A stretch of DNA of 64,000 nt from Dehalococcoidia bacterium (GCA_964291495.2 OZ219871.1:1472001-1536000), one strand, 5' to 3'; counted from the first letter of the stretch, positions 28,000 through 37,870 are shown. Notes: generated from the letters alone by a model not told the origin. Numbers and translations: made by a program.

Positions 28000-28644
28000 T
28001 TGGCCGACGCACACGCCGGCAGCGAGCCAGTTCCCCTGCGGCTTGGCCGCGCGGAGGCGACGCGCCCGCAGGACGCGTCCTACGCGGAGGCCGTCGACGA
28101 TTCGCTCATGGAGCGGATGGCGCTGGGCGACGGTCGGGCGCTCGAGCTGCTCTACGACCGCTACCACGTGCTCGTCTACTCGGTGGCGTTGCGCGTCGTG
28201 CGCGACGAGATGCTCGCGGAGGACATCGTGCAGGAGGTCTTCGTGCGGCTCTGGCGCCGCCCGCAGTCCTACGACCCGGGGCGCGGGCGCTTCCTCAGCT
28301 GGTTGATGTCCGTCACCCGCAATCGCGCGATCGACGAGGTCCGGCGCGTCACCCGCCGCCTGCGCATCGAGGAGCGCCGCGAGGGCGCGGCCGAGCAGGT
28401 GCGGAGCACGGACCGCCTCGATGCCCCTGAGCTGGCGGCGGCGATCGGCGACGAACGGCGCGAGGTGCGCGCCGCACTGGCCACGCTTCCCGAGGCGCAG
28501 CGGCGCGTGCTGGAGCTGGCCTACTTCGACGGACTGACGCAGTCTGAGATCGCGGCGCTCACCGATACGCCGCTCGGCACCGTGAAGACGCGAACCCGGC
28601 TGGCGATGGACAGGTTGCGCCAGCGCCTTGGAGGCCGACCGTGA
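28000..28644 (+). CDS. ECF RNA polymerase sigma factor (SigK-like)
   Basis: LYDRY, AEDIVQEVF..LW, YFDGLTQSEIA, PLGTVKTR; TTG 28000 follows GGAGGGG (alternative ATG 27961). Confidence 0.9.
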   Translation: MADAHAGSEPVPLRLGRAEATRPQDASYAEAVDDSLMERMALGDGRALELLYDRYHVLVYSVALRVVRDEMLAEDIVQEVFVRLWRRPQSYDPGRGRFLSWLMSVTRNRAIDEVRRVTRRLRIEERREGAAEQVRSTDRLDAPELAAAIGDERREVRAALATLPEAQRRVLELAYFDGLTQSEIAALTDTPLGTVKTRTRLAMDRLRQRLGGRP

Positions 28645-29474
28645 CGTCCGAAGAGCGCGACGCGCAGCTCGCCGCCTACGCGCTCGGCAGCCTCAGCGGG
28701 CCCGAGGCGAATGCCGTCGAGGAGCTCGCGCGCAGCGATCCCGCGGCGGCGCGCCAGCTCGCCGAGTACCAGGAGGTCGCCGACCTGATCGCGCTCGATG
28801 CGCCGCTGCAGCGGGCCGACCCGGCGTTGCGCGCGCGCGTGCTGCGCGCGGCGCGGCAGGCGGACCGCCCCGGCCTCCGCCGCATCCCGATCGTGCAGAC
28901 GCTCGCCATCGCCGCGTTGCTCGCCGCGGTCGCCGTCGCCGCCGGCTGGGGCGTGCGGCTGCAGGGGGAGCTCGACTCGTTGCGGCAGGAATCGACGGAA
29001 CTCCAGGTTGCGGTCGCCTCGGATTCGAGACGGATCGACGTGCTGGACCGCGAGCTGGTTGCCGGCGGCGACCAGGCGCTGCGGGCGGAGTTGCAACGGG
29101 TCCGCGACACGCACGAAAAAACCGTCGCGATCCTCGCGGCCCGCGATGTCTGGACGGCCGAGCTGGCCAGCGCCGAGGGCGGCCACGGCGCGAGCGGGCG
29201 CTGTGTCTGGAGCGCCGCGCTGAACTCCGGAGTGCTGGTTGCGCAGGGGCTCCCGCCGCTCCCGCTCGGCGTCCTCTACGAGGTGTGGCTCGATGACGGC
29301 GAGCAGCTCATCTCCGCGGGCACCTTCCTGCCTTCGACGGACGGCGAGGCGCAGGTGCTGATCGAGCTGGATGCGCCGTTCGAGCCGCGCTCGGTCACCA
29401 TCGCGACCGGGCCGCCGGGCGGGGCGGGCTCGTTGCAGCCGCCGATCGTGCTTGGCGGGGACGTGATTCGCTAG
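28641..29474 (+). CDS. Anti-sigma factor (RskA-like)
   Basis: LAAYALGSL N-terminus, one TM helix, GLPPLP...YEVWL and SAGTF; coupled to the sigma factor. Confidence 0.85.
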   Translation: MTSEERDAQLAAYALGSLSGPEANAVEELARSDPAAARQLAEYQEVADLIALDAPLQRADPALRARVLRAARQADRPGLRRIPIVQTLAIAALLAAVAVAAGWGVRLQGELDSLRQESTELQVAVASDSRRIDVLDRELVAGGDQALRAELQRVRDTHEKTVAILAARDVWTAELASAEGGHGASGRCVWSAALNSGVLVAQGLPPLPLGVLYEVWLDDGEQLISAGTFLPSTDGEAQVLIELDAPFEPRSVTIATGPPGGAGSLQPPIVLGGDVIR

Positions 29475-29510
29475 CCCGTACGCCGAGCGTGAGTCCGCGG
29501 GAGGGGCGAG

Positions 29511-29831
29511 ATGGAGGCAGGCAACGTAGTGGCGATGTTCCTCGAGGAGACCCGCTTCAGCTCGCGGGAGGAGTGGGAGCAGGCCTGCGCCGGCGTGTGG
29601 GACGAGGCGCTGGCGGAGCTGCGTACGAACCCCGGCTTCCGGGGGCTCGCCGCGTTCTGGGCCGACGACGACACGGCGCGTGGCGGTGTCATGGGCCTGT
29701 GGGACTCGCTGGAAGACCGGCTTCGCTACGAGGCCCGGTCGGCGGGCGCCGTGCGTGCGCTCTTCGATCCGTTCTTCACGCGCGCCCCAAGCCGCCCCCG
29801 GCTGCACGTTACCAACGCCACGATGGAGTAG
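29511..29831 (+). CDS. Hypothetical protein, dimeric alpha/beta barrel-like
   Basis: PGFRG...WDSLED pattern like ABM domains; RBS GGAGGGG. Confidence 0.6.
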   Translation: MEAGNVVAMFLEETRFSSREEWEQACAGVWDEALAELRTNPGFRGLAAFWADDDTARGGVMGLWDSLEDRLRYEARSAGAVRALFDPFFTRAPSRPRLHVTNATME

Positions 29832-29844
29832 GCGGGCCGCGCAG

Positions 29845-31065
29845 CTACGACGCGCCCCCCTGGTCCGAAGACGCCGTCGCGGCGCCCTCGCCGTTCGCGG
29901 GCTCGGCGCCGGTTGGCGGCTCCGGCGCCTCGTCGGGTGGTTTGCGATGGAAGTGGCGGGCGGCGTGCGATTGGGCGAGGGCCTCGTCCGGTTCGAGGCC
30001 GCGCAGGCGGCTGTCGGCATACCAGAACAGCTCTCGCAGCAGCGCGGTCAGCGGCACGATCACCAGCAGCCCGATGAACCCGAAGACCGCGCCGGCGGCC
30101 ACCAGCAGCAGGATGATGATCGCGGGGTGCAGGTCCACGGCCTGGCTCTGGATGCGCGGCACCAGCAGGTTGTTCTCCAGCTGCTGGACCATGACGAAGA
30201 GCAGCGCCACCCACAGGATCTTCTCCGGATCCCCGCTGGCCGCCGCCATCAGCAGCGCGGGCAGCGCACCGATCCACGGCCCGATGATCGGGATCAGCTC
30301 GGTGACGCCGGCGAAGATCGCGAGCGCGATCGACAGCTCCACGTCGATCAGGGTCAGACCGAAGAACGTCAGCACGCCGACCACCGCCCCCAGGATGAGC
30401 TGGCCGCGCAGGTAGCGGCCGAGCAGCGCGTCGGCGATGCGAAGGCCGTTGAACATGTCGGGCCGCACGGCGGTCGGCACCGCGGCTCCGAAGTTGTCCT
30501 CGAAGCGGTGGCGGTCGCGCAGTGCATAGAACAGCCAGAAGGGGACGATCAGGAAGCCGAAAATCACGCCGAGCGTCCGCGTCAGGAAGGAGAACGAGTC
30601 CGTCGTGTGGCTCGCGATCTCCACGCCCAGCTGGTCGGCGTTTTCGGCGATGGTGTTGTCGATACGTTCGCGAACGTTTTCCGGGACGCGGTCGCGGTAC
30701 TGGTTGAGCCAGGAGTTGATCTGGTCCTGCGCGCGCTGGCGCAGGTCCGGGAAGGAGTCGATGAACTCGGTGGCCTGATCGATCGCAACGGGGGCGATCA
30801 GCAGGCCGAGCCCGACCAGCACGCCGAGGATCACGAGGTAGACGAGCAGGACCGCCAGGCCTCGGGAGATGACGTTCTTTTCGGGCGTGCCGCCCGGCAG
30901 GAACGAGGCGAGCGAGGCGATGTGGTCCACCGCCGGCGTGAGCACGTAGGCGAGGAGTCCCCCGACCGCGAACGGGAAGAGCGCCCAGCGCGCGCTCCAG
31001 GCAATCCAGAGCACGACCCCTACCATCAGCAGCCAGAGCGAAACCCGCACCCGGGATCTGGTCAT
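29845..31065 (-). CDS. AI-2E family transporter
   Basis: ATG 31065; YLRGQL, ELIPIIGPWIG, QQLENNLLVPRI, LHP. Confidence 0.9.
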   Translation of the reverse strand: MTRSRVRVSLWLLMVGVVLWIAWSARWALFPFAVGGLLAYVLTPAVDHIASLASFLPGGTPEKNVISRGLAVLLVYLVILGVLVGLGLLIAPVAIDQATEFIDSFPDLRQRAQDQINSWLNQYRDRVPENVRERIDNTIAENADQLGVEIASHTTDSFSFLTRTLGVIFGFLIVPFWLFYALRDRHRFEDNFGAAVPTAVRPDMFNGLRIADALLGRYLRGQLILGAVVGVLTFFGLTLIDVELSIALAIFAGVTELIPIIGPWIGALPALLMAAASGDPEKILWVALLFVMVQQLENNLLVPRIQSQAVDLHPAIIILLLVAAGAVFGFIGLLVIVPLTALLRELFWYADSRLRGLEPDEALAQSHAARHFHRKPPDEAPEPPTGAEPANGEGAATASSDQGGAS

Positions 31066-31258
31066 GACGTGCTCGCCCGCCCTCGTGCGTCGGTGGAGCG
31101 GCGGGGATCGCCGCTCCGGCCGCCCATTGTGCCTGATACACGCGGCGCATGGAGACGCTTCACGGATCCTCGACCATCCACTCGCCATTGACATCTCATG
31201 GTGCGGACCGGACGATGTCTCCAGCGGGGCTCCCCGCCCCCAGGCACGAGGGAACGCG

Positions 31259-31687
31259 ATGGTTTCCAAACAGACGCTTGAACGACGAATCGCCGACAGC
31301 GGCCGCCGCCTCACCGAGCCGCGGCGCCAGCTCATCGAAACGATGCGCAACCTCGGCGACCACTTCACCGCCGACCAGGTCGTGCAGGCCGCCCCCGGCG
31401 TCGGTCGCGCCACGGTGTTCCGCACGATGCGGCTGCTGCAGGAAGTCGACGTGCTCTGCCAGGTGGTGCTGGACGACGGCGCCGTCGGCTACCGCCTCAC
31501 CGACAATGCGCGCCACCACCACCACCTGATCTGCTCCCAGTGCGGCGCCACCGACGACTTCGCAAGCGGCGGCATCGAGGACCAGCTCGCCGAGCTGGGA
31601 CGCCAGAGCGGCTTCGACATCCACGGCCACCGCCTCGAGATCTACGGCCTCTGCGCCGACTGCAACCAGGAACTCGGCTGCCACTGA
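31259..31687 (+). CDS. Fur family regulator, probably Zur
   Basis: RLTEPR, HFTAD, ATVFRT, HHHHLICSQCG, YGLCADC; directly upstream of a metal ABC operon. Confidence 0.9.
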   Translation: MVSKQTLERRIADSGRRLTEPRRQLIETMRNLGDHFTADQVVQAAPGVGRATVFRTMRLLQEVDVLCQVVLDDGAVGYRLTDNARHHHHLICSQCGATDDFASGGIEDQLAELGRQSGFDIHGHRLEIYGLCADCNQELGCH

Positions 31688-31764
31688 CGTAGCCCGCCCT
31701 GCGCGCTCCCACCCTGACGCCCCCGCGTGATGCATTTGAGATCAAGTCTCTTGCATGCCCCGCT

Positions 31765-31824
31765 GATACCGGGTATCGTGCCGCCGATCTGATAGGACAA
31801 CTTAGCAGATCGATACCAGGTATC
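31765..31824. promoter_or_regulatory. Two palindromic candidate Fur-family (Zur) operators
   Basis: GATACC-G-GGTATC at 31765-31777 and GATACC-A-GGTATC at 31812-31824. Confidence 0.55.
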
Positions 31825-31868
31825 AACAAGAAGAGAGGTTGTGATGCGCGACCTGTTCCCCGCTACGA

Positions 31869-33080
31869 ATGCTCTGGAGCACGTTGCTGCTCGCGCTCGC
31901 GCTCGCCGTCGCGGTGGCGTGCACGGGCGACGACGACGATGACGAGGACGGGGACGAGCGTCTCCAGGTTGTCGCGTCCACCGGCATCATCGCCCACTTT
32001 ACCGAGCAGATCGCCGGAGACGACGCCGACGTCGTGTCCGTGATCCCGCCGGGCGCGGACGCGCACACCTTCAGCGCCTCCACCACCGACATCCGCAACA
32101 TCGCAGCCGCCGACCTCGTGATCGTCAACGGCTACAACCTCGAGGAAGGCGCCCTCGGGACCATCTTCGAGCACCTGCCGGAGGACGCCCACCTCGTGAT
32201 CGCCGCAGCGGGCATTAGCCCGCTCGAGGGTGGCCATCACGAGGAAGAAGGGCACGGCGACGAGGACGACCACGGCGACGAGGACGAGGAAGAAGGCGAC
32301 CACGGCGACGAGGACGAGGACGAAGAGGGCCACGGCGACGAGGACGAGGAAGAAGGCGACCACGGCGACGAGGACGAGGAAGAAGGCGACCACGGCGACG
32401 AGGACGAAGAAGAAGGCGACGACCACGGCGACGAGGACGAGGACGAAGAGGGCCACGGCGACGAGGACGAAGAGGGCGACGACCACGGCGACGAGGACGA
32501 AGAGGGCGACCACCACGAGGAGATCGAGGTCGACGAGGAGCACGAGCTCGCCGTCGCCGATGGCGACCCGCACATGTGGCTCACCGTCCCGAACGCGATG
32601 GTCTACGTGCGCAACATCACGGACGGACTGGTTGCGGCCGACCCGGACAACGCCGCCGCCTACCGCGAGCGAGCGGAGGACTACCTCGCCGAGCTCCAGG
32701 AGCTGGACGAGGAGGTTCGGGCCGCAATCGCCGGCATTCCGCAGGATCGCCGCGTACTGATCGTCTACCACGACGCATTCCAGTACTTCGCCGTCGAGTA
32801 CGGGCTCGAGCTGGCCGCCGCCGTGCTGCCGGCCAGCCCCTCGCAGCAGGCGAGCGCCGCCGCCGTCGCGGAGATCATCGAGATAGTCGCCGGGCGCGAG
32901 GTCGGCGCCGTCTACCGCGAGCCGCAGTTCGCCGCGGCGGCCCTCGAGGCGATCGCCGAGGAGGCGGGCGTGCGCGTGCTGACGCTCTACACCGCGGCGT
33001 TCACGGACGAGGTCGACAGCTACATCGAGCTGATGCGTGCGAACGCGGACGCGCTGGTCGAAGGGCTTGGCGGCGGGTAG
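31869..33080 (+). CDS. znuA: Zn/Mn ABC transporter substrate-binding lipoprotein with long His/Asp/Glu loop
   Basis: Lipobox AVAC, PPGADAHTF, NGYNLE, DPHMWL, HDAFQYF. Confidence 0.88.
   Translation: MLWSTLLLALALAVAVACTGDDDDDEDGDERLQVVASTGIIAHFTEQIAGDDADVVSVIPPGADAHTFSASTTDIRNIAAADLVIVNGYNLEEGALGTIFEHLPEDAHLVIAAAGISPLEGGHHEEEGHGDEDDHGDEDEEEGDHGDEDEDEEGHGDEDEEEGDHGDEDEEEGDHGDEDEEEGDDHGDEDEDEEGHGDEDEEGDDHGDEDEEGDHHEEIEVDEEHELAVADGDPHMWLTVPNAMVYVRNITDGLVAADPDNAAAYRERAEDYLAELQELDEEVRAAIAGIPQDRRVLIVYHDAFQYFAVEYGLELAAAVLPASPSQQASAAAVAEIIEIVAGREVGAVYREPQFAAAALEAIAEEAGVRVLTLYTAAFTDEVDSYIELMRANADALVEGLGGG
32253..32510 (+). repeat. Coding tandem repeat, ~30-bp unit, 9 copies of HGDED
   Basis: CACGGCGACGAGGAC repeated in frame inside znuA. 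Confidence 0.9.
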
Positions 33081-33109
33081 CGCTGACGGGGCGGAGAACG
33101 GAGCGACCG

Positions 33110-34024
33110 ATGGCGTCGCACCATGACCACGGCGCCCACGGGCCCGTCGGGCATGAGGATCCGACTCACGTCCACGACTCCGCCGAGCTCGACGGCGCGG
33201 GCCATCCGGCGGCTCGCGCCAGGCTGGCGGCGGGGCACACGCATGGCCCGCTCGCCCTCGAGGTCAGCGGACTCTGGGCCGGTTACCCCGGCAAGCCGCC
33301 CGCGCTCGAAGACGTCAGCTTCGTCGTCCCCGAGGGCGAGATGGTCGGCCTCGTCGGGCCGAACGGGGCCGGCAAGTCCACGCTCTTCAAGTCGATCCTC
33401 GGCATCGTGCGGCCGTTGCTCGGGGAGGTCCGCGTCTTCGGGCGCCCCGTCTCGGAGACGCGGGCGGACGTCGCCTACACCCCGCAGGTCGAGGAGGTCG
33501 ATTGGGAGTTCCCGGTCAGCGTTCGCGACGTGGTGCTGATGGGGCGCTGGCGCGGCTCCAGCCCCTTCCGCCGCTGGTCTCGCGATGACCGCGAGGCCGC
33601 CGAGGGCGCACTCGAGCGGGTCGGCCTCTCTGAGCTGTCCGGCCGGCAGGTTGGCGAGCTGTCGGGCGGGCAGCGCCGCCGCGTGTTGATCGCCCGCTCG
33701 ATCGCGCGAGGCGCGCGGCTGCTGCTGCTCGACGAGCCGTTCGCCGGCCTCGATGCGGCCGTCGAGCACGATCTGCTCGCGATCCTCGACGAGCTCACCC
33801 ACGAGGGCTGCAGCATCCTGATCGCCACGCACGACCTCGCGTGCGTGGCCAGCGCCTGCGACGAGGCGTGCTGCCTGAACCGCCGCGTGCAGGGCTACGG
33901 CCCGCCCGCCGACGTGCTCAACGAGGACGTGCTCTCGCGCACCTTCGAGCGCGCGCTCGTGCCCGTCGGGGCGGCCCACGAGATCATCGTCGAGGATGGC
34001 AACGGGGGCGCCCCCGCGAACTGA
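33110..34024 (+). CDS. znuC: Metal ABC transporter ATP-binding protein with His-rich N-terminus
   Basis: GPNGAGKST, LSGGQ, LLLDEP, THD. Confidence 0.9.
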   Translation: MASHHDHGAHGPVGHEDPTHVHDSAELDGAGHPAARARLAAGHTHGPLALEVSGLWAGYPGKPPALEDVSFVVPEGEMVGLVGPNGAGKSTLFKSILGIVRPLLGEVRVFGRPVSETRADVAYTPQVEEVDWEFPVSVRDVVLMGRWRGSSPFRRWSRDDREAAEGALERVGLSELSGRQVGELSGGQRRRVLIARSIARGARLLLLDEPFAGLDAAVEHDLLAILDELTHEGCSILIATHDLACVASACDEACCLNRRVQGYGPPADVLNEDVLSRTFERALVPVGAAHEIIVEDGNGGAPAN

Positions 34025-34036
34025 GAGCGGTGGATC

Positions 34037-34888
34037 GTGGAACTCCACGAGTGGCTGATCGCGCCGTACGAGTACGCCTTCATGCAACGCGCGATCGCCT
34101 CGCTGCTGATCGTCAGCGTCGTCGGCTCGGTCGTCGGCACCTTCGTCGTGCACAAGGGGCTGGCGGCCTCGGGCAGCGGGCTCGCGCACGCCACGCTCGC
34201 GGGCGTCGCGATCGCCTTCGTCAACGGCGCGAGCGTGGCCCTCGGTGCGCTCGTCGCGGCCGTCGCGACGGCGCTCGGCATCGGCTACGTGCGCCGCACC
34301 TCGCGCGTCAGCTACGACACCGCGATCGCGATCTTCTTCGTCTCCGCCTTCTCGCTCGGCATCCTCGTGATCTCGCGCCGGACGAGCTACACGCCGGATC
34401 TGGTCTCCTTTGTCTTCGGCGACATCCTCGGCGTCTCGCGGGCGGACCTGATTCTCGAGCTGGTGCTCGCCGTCGTCGTGGTCGGATTCGTGCTCGCCTT
34501 CTACCGGGAGCTGGTGATGGTCGCCTACGACCCGGCGATGGCGTCGGCGGTCGGCGTGCGGACGACGTTCTTCGAGTTCTCGTTGCTGGTGCTGATCGCG
34601 GTCGCCGTGGTGGTGGCGCTGCAGGCGATCGGCATCGTGCTGGTCACGGCGACGCTGATCATCCCGCCGGCGACCGCCAGCCTGCTGTTCCGGCGGATCC
34701 CGCGGATCATGGGGGCCAGCTTCCTGATCGGCGCGGGGTCCTCCGTGGTCGGGTTGTACGCCTCGTTCCACGCGGGCGTCGCCGCCAGCCCCGCCGTCGT
34801 GCTCTCGGCAACGGTCGCCTTTGCCGTCGCCCTCGTCGCCACCTCGCTGCGCCGCTCGCGTCTCCCGTCCGCCGCGACCACCGAGTAG
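34037..34888 (+). CDS. znuB: Metal ABC transporter permease
   Basis: FMQRA, LAHATLAG, FGDILGV, LIIPPATA. Confidence 0.9.
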   Translation: MELHEWLIAPYEYAFMQRAIASLLIVSVVGSVVGTFVVHKGLAASGSGLAHATLAGVAIAFVNGASVALGALVAAVATALGIGYVRRTSRVSYDTAIAIFFVSAFSLGILVISRRTSYTPDLVSFVFGDILGVSRADLILELVLAVVVVGFVLAFYRELVMVAYDPAMASAVGVRTTFFEFSLLVLIAVAVVVALQAIGIVLVTATLIIPPATASLLFRRIPRIMGASFLIGAGSSVVGLYASFHAGVAASPAVVLSATVAFAVALVATSLRRSRLPSAATTE

Positions 34889-35069
34889 CGCGCCCCACTC
34901 GCGAGAGCGCTCGGGGCTCCCTAACATGCTCGTAACGAGCCCATGCGACGCTGTGCGGGGCTCGCCGCCGCTGGTTGAGCGGCGGCAGGGGTAGCCGTAG
35001 GCTGAGAGTGCTCCCCGTTTCCGGCGAGCGGGCGCGCGAGGCCGCTCGATCGGGGCAGCTGGCGAGGCG

Positions 35070-36560
35070 ATGGTCGCAGAAGTTGCAGGCAGCGAGGCAG
35101 AGTCGGCGTCCCCGGCGGCGTCCGAGCCTCGCAAGCGACCGGAACGCCCGAACGTCGACCGCAAGGCGCGGCTGCAGCTGGAGCCGAAGCTGCCGGCGAA
35201 ACAGCCGCCCGAAGTGCGCACCGGCAACTGGGACGAGACCTTCCACCTCTTCGATCCGGAAACCGCCAAAGCCGAGGCGATACGCTGCATCCAGTGCCCC
35301 GCCGCCCCCTGCCAGGTCGCCTGCCCCGTGGGCAACGACATCCCCGCCTCCTTCTGGCTACTCGAGCAGGGCGACTTCGACGGCGCCGCCAACGTCTTCC
35401 GCGAGACCAGCGAGCTGCCCGAGATGTGCGGACGGCTCTGCCCCCAGGAGCGGCTCTGCGAGGGCCATTGCGTCGTTGGCAAGAAGGGCGAGCCGGTCGC
35501 CATCGGAAAGCTCGAAACCTTCGTCACGGAGTGGCAACTCGCCAACGGCAGCCCGCCGCCCGCGACGGTCGCTCCGGCGACGGGCAAGAGCCTCGCGATC
35601 ATCGGCTCCGGGCCGGCCGGCATCGGCGTCGCCGAGCGCGTCGCGCGCTCCGGGCACCGGGTCGTCGTCTACGACGCCTGGCCGGTGGCCGGGGGGCTGC
35701 TGCACTACGGCATCCCCACCTTCAAGCAGAACAAGGCCAGCGTCGCCGACCGCATCGAGCGGCTGCGCGACCTCGGCGTCGAGTTCGTGCTCGGCGTCCG
35801 TGTCGGCGAGGACGTCGCCTTCGAGGAGCTCGAGCGCGAGTTCGACGCCGTCTTCGTCGCGGCCGGCGCCATCGAGGGCGTCGATCTGGGCCTGGAGCAC
35901 GAGGACGCGCCCGGCGTCTACCAGGCGACCGAGTTCCTGGTGCGCGGCAACCTGCCTCCGGAGGACCTGCCGGAGGAGTTGCGCGAGCCGCTGCCGGAGC
36001 TGCGCAGCGTCGTGGTCATCGGAGGCGGCGACACCTCGATGGACTGCGTCCGCACGGCGGTGCGGCTCGGCGCGGAGGAGGTACGGCTCGTCTACCGCCG
36101 CACCGAGCAGGAGATGCAGGGCCGCGAGGAAGAGCGCATGCACGCCCACGAGGAGGGCGTGATCTTCGAGTTCCTCACCTCGCCCACCGCCGTCCTCGTG
36201 GATGGCGAGGGCGCCTTCCGGGCGCTGCGCTGCCAGCTCATGGAGCTCGGCGAGCCGGACGAGAGCGGTCGCGCCCGCCCCGTGCCGCTCGTCGGCAGCG
36301 GCTTCGAGATCGAGGCCGACGCGCTCGTCCTCGCCGTCGGCTACAACGTCGAGGACGGCTGGGGCGAGGTCGCCCCGGCCGTCGAGCGCGACCCGTGGGG
36401 CCGCTTCACCGTCGATCCGCGCACGATGCGTACGAACCGCCCCGGCGTCTTCGCTGGCGGCGACGACGTGAACGGCGCCGACCTTGTCGTCACCGCCCTC
36501 GCCGACGCCCACGTCGCCGCCGCCAGCATTGAGGACTGGCTGGGCGGCGGCGACTGGTAG
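35070..36560 (+). CDS. NAD(P)-dependent oxidoreductase, GltD/NfnB-like
   Basis: RCIQC..APCQVACP, CGRLCPQERLCEGHC, GSGPAG, GGGDTSMDC, FAGGD; no gltB or nfnA adjacent. Confidence 0.88.
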   Translation: MVAEVAGSEAESASPAASEPRKRPERPNVDRKARLQLEPKLPAKQPPEVRTGNWDETFHLFDPETAKAEAIRCIQCPAAPCQVACPVGNDIPASFWLLEQGDFDGAANVFRETSELPEMCGRLCPQERLCEGHCVVGKKGEPVAIGKLETFVTEWQLANGSPPPATVAPATGKSLAIIGSGPAGIGVAERVARSGHRVVVYDAWPVAGGLLHYGIPTFKQNKASVADRIERLRDLGVEFVLGVRVGEDVAFEELEREFDAVFVAAGAIEGVDLGLEHEDAPGVYQATEFLVRGNLPPEDLPEELREPLPELRSVVVIGGGDTSMDCVRTAVRLGAEEVRLVYRRTEQEMQGREEERMHAHEEGVIFEFLTSPTAVLVDGEGAFRALRCQLMELGEPDESGRARPVPLVGSGFEIEADALVLAVGYNVEDGWGEVAPAVERDPWGRFTVDPRTMRTNRPGVFAGGDDVNGADLVVTALADAHVAAASIEDWLGGGDW

Positions 36561-36688
36561 GCGACGGCCCGCCGCGGGTCGCTCCTGATCGTCCCCGGGT
36601 GTCACATTAATGGTGGCGTGCCACGCATGCACGGTTACCGGGAATCTGTGATAATCGTTCATGGGATCAGGTATACGCGAGGTCGCCA

Positions 36689-36982
36689 GTGATCGAGTCG
36701 TTCGCTGACGGCACGACCGAGGCCCTGTTCCACGGTCGCGGCGGTTCGCGGGTGCGGAGGATTCCGGAGCAGGTTCGCGAGCGAGCGGTGCGTCGGCTGG
36801 ACATGCTGAACGCCGCCGAGTCATTGGAAGACTTGCGGTCGCCGCCCGGGAATCGTCTGGAGCGGTTGCGGGGCGACTTGAGAGGGCTGTACAGCATTCG
36901 GGTCAACGATCAGTGGCGGATCGTGTTCGGGTGGGAGTCTGGTAACGCGTTCGCTGTGCGCATCGTTGACTATCACGCGTAG
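36689..36982 (+). CDS. higB: Type II toxin, HigB/RelE family
   Basis: MIESF, DLRSPPGNRLERLRGD, SIRVNDQWRIVF, VDYH. Confidence 0.93.
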   Translation: MIESFADGTTEALFHGRGGSRVRRIPEQVRERAVRRLDMLNAAESLEDLRSPPGNRLERLRGDLRGLYSIRVNDQWRIVFGWESGNAFAVRIVDYHA

Positions 36983-36992
36983 GAGCGAGGAC

Positions 36993-37280
36993 ATGTTGCC
37001 GGAGCAGCGCATTCCGACCCATCCAGGCGAGATCCTCGCGGAGGAGTTCCTCAAGCCGCTCGGTCTCACGCAGGTCGCGCTGGCGGATCACATTGGCGTG
37101 CCGGTGCAGCGGGTGAACGAAGTCGTGCGCGGGAAGCGCGGGATCACGGCGGAGACGGCCTGGCTGCTCTCCGGCGCGTTCGGAACCACGCCGGGCTTCT
37201 GGATCAACCTCCAGACGAGCTACGACCTTGCCACGAGGCGGCCCGACCGGCAGGTGGAGCCGCTGGGCCTGACCGGATAG
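36993..37280 (+). CDS. higA: HigA family antitoxin
   Basis: THPGEILAEEFL.PLG.TQ, GKRGITAETA, FWINLQ. Confidence 0.93.
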   Translation: MLPEQRIPTHPGEILAEEFLKPLGLTQVALADHIGVPVQRVNEVVRGKRGITAETAWLLSGAFGTTPGFWINLQTSYDLATRRPDRQVEPLGLTG

Positions 37281-37417
37281 CGCTACGGAGCCTCACCGAG
37301 TCCACCCCCTGGCGCCGAGCACAGAGGTGCGGCCCGGGTGGCCTCGCGCTAGAGTGCGGACACGAACCGGACGGCAACGACAGGGCGCCCTCGGGGCGCA
37401 CGATAAGGGGGATTGAG

Positions 37418-37870
37418 ATGGCGATCGCAGTCGGCCAGGAGGCGCCGGACTTCACGCTCAACAACGAGGACGGCGAGCAGGTCACGCTCTCCGAACTGCG
37501 CGGCGCGCCGGTGGTGCTGGTCTTCTACACCTTCGACTTCTCCGGCATCTGCACGGGCGAGCTGTGCGAGATCCGCGACGACTACAGCGAGTGGATGGAC
37601 CTCGGCGCGCAGGTCTACGGCGTCAGCCGCGACAGCCACTTCTCGCACGCCGCCTACAAGGAGCAGCACGGGCTGCCCTACTCGCTGCTCGCCGATACCA
37701 AGGGCGAGGCGGCGAAGGCCTACGACACCTGGAACGAGGGCCTCTGGGCGGCCGAGCGGCTGACCGTGGTGATCGACAAGGACGGCGCCATCGCGCACCT
37801 CGTCAAGAACCCGATCCTCGAGGCGCGCGACCACTCGGCGATCGCCGACGCCATCAGAGGCGCCGGCTAG
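37418..37870 (+). CDS. Peroxiredoxin (AhpE/Bcp-like)
   Basis: APDFTL, FY..DFSGICTGELC, GVSRDS. Confidence 0.88.
   Translation: MAIAVGQEAPDFTLNNEDGEQVTLSELRGAPVVLVFYTFDFSGICTGELCEIRDDYSEWMDLGAQVYGVSRDSHFSHAAYKEQHGLPYSLLADTKGEAAKAYDTWNEGLWAAERLTVVIDKDGAIAHLVKNPILEARDHSAIADAIRGAG

Noticed and set aside
31685-31687. TGA stops of other genes (Fur-family ...GCH-TGA, sufD, znuC) as Sec codons
   Set aside because: The proteins look complete at the stop, and I saw no matching hairpin or conserved in-frame extension.
32253-32510. 30-bp periodic repeat as CRISPR or non-coding repeat
   Set aside because: No spacers; it is in frame within znuA and encodes the His/acidic loop.
36570-37300. higBA with lower-GC flank as a genomic island
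   Set aside because: No integrase, tRNA or flanking direct repeats; an ordinary solitary toxin-antitoxin insertion.
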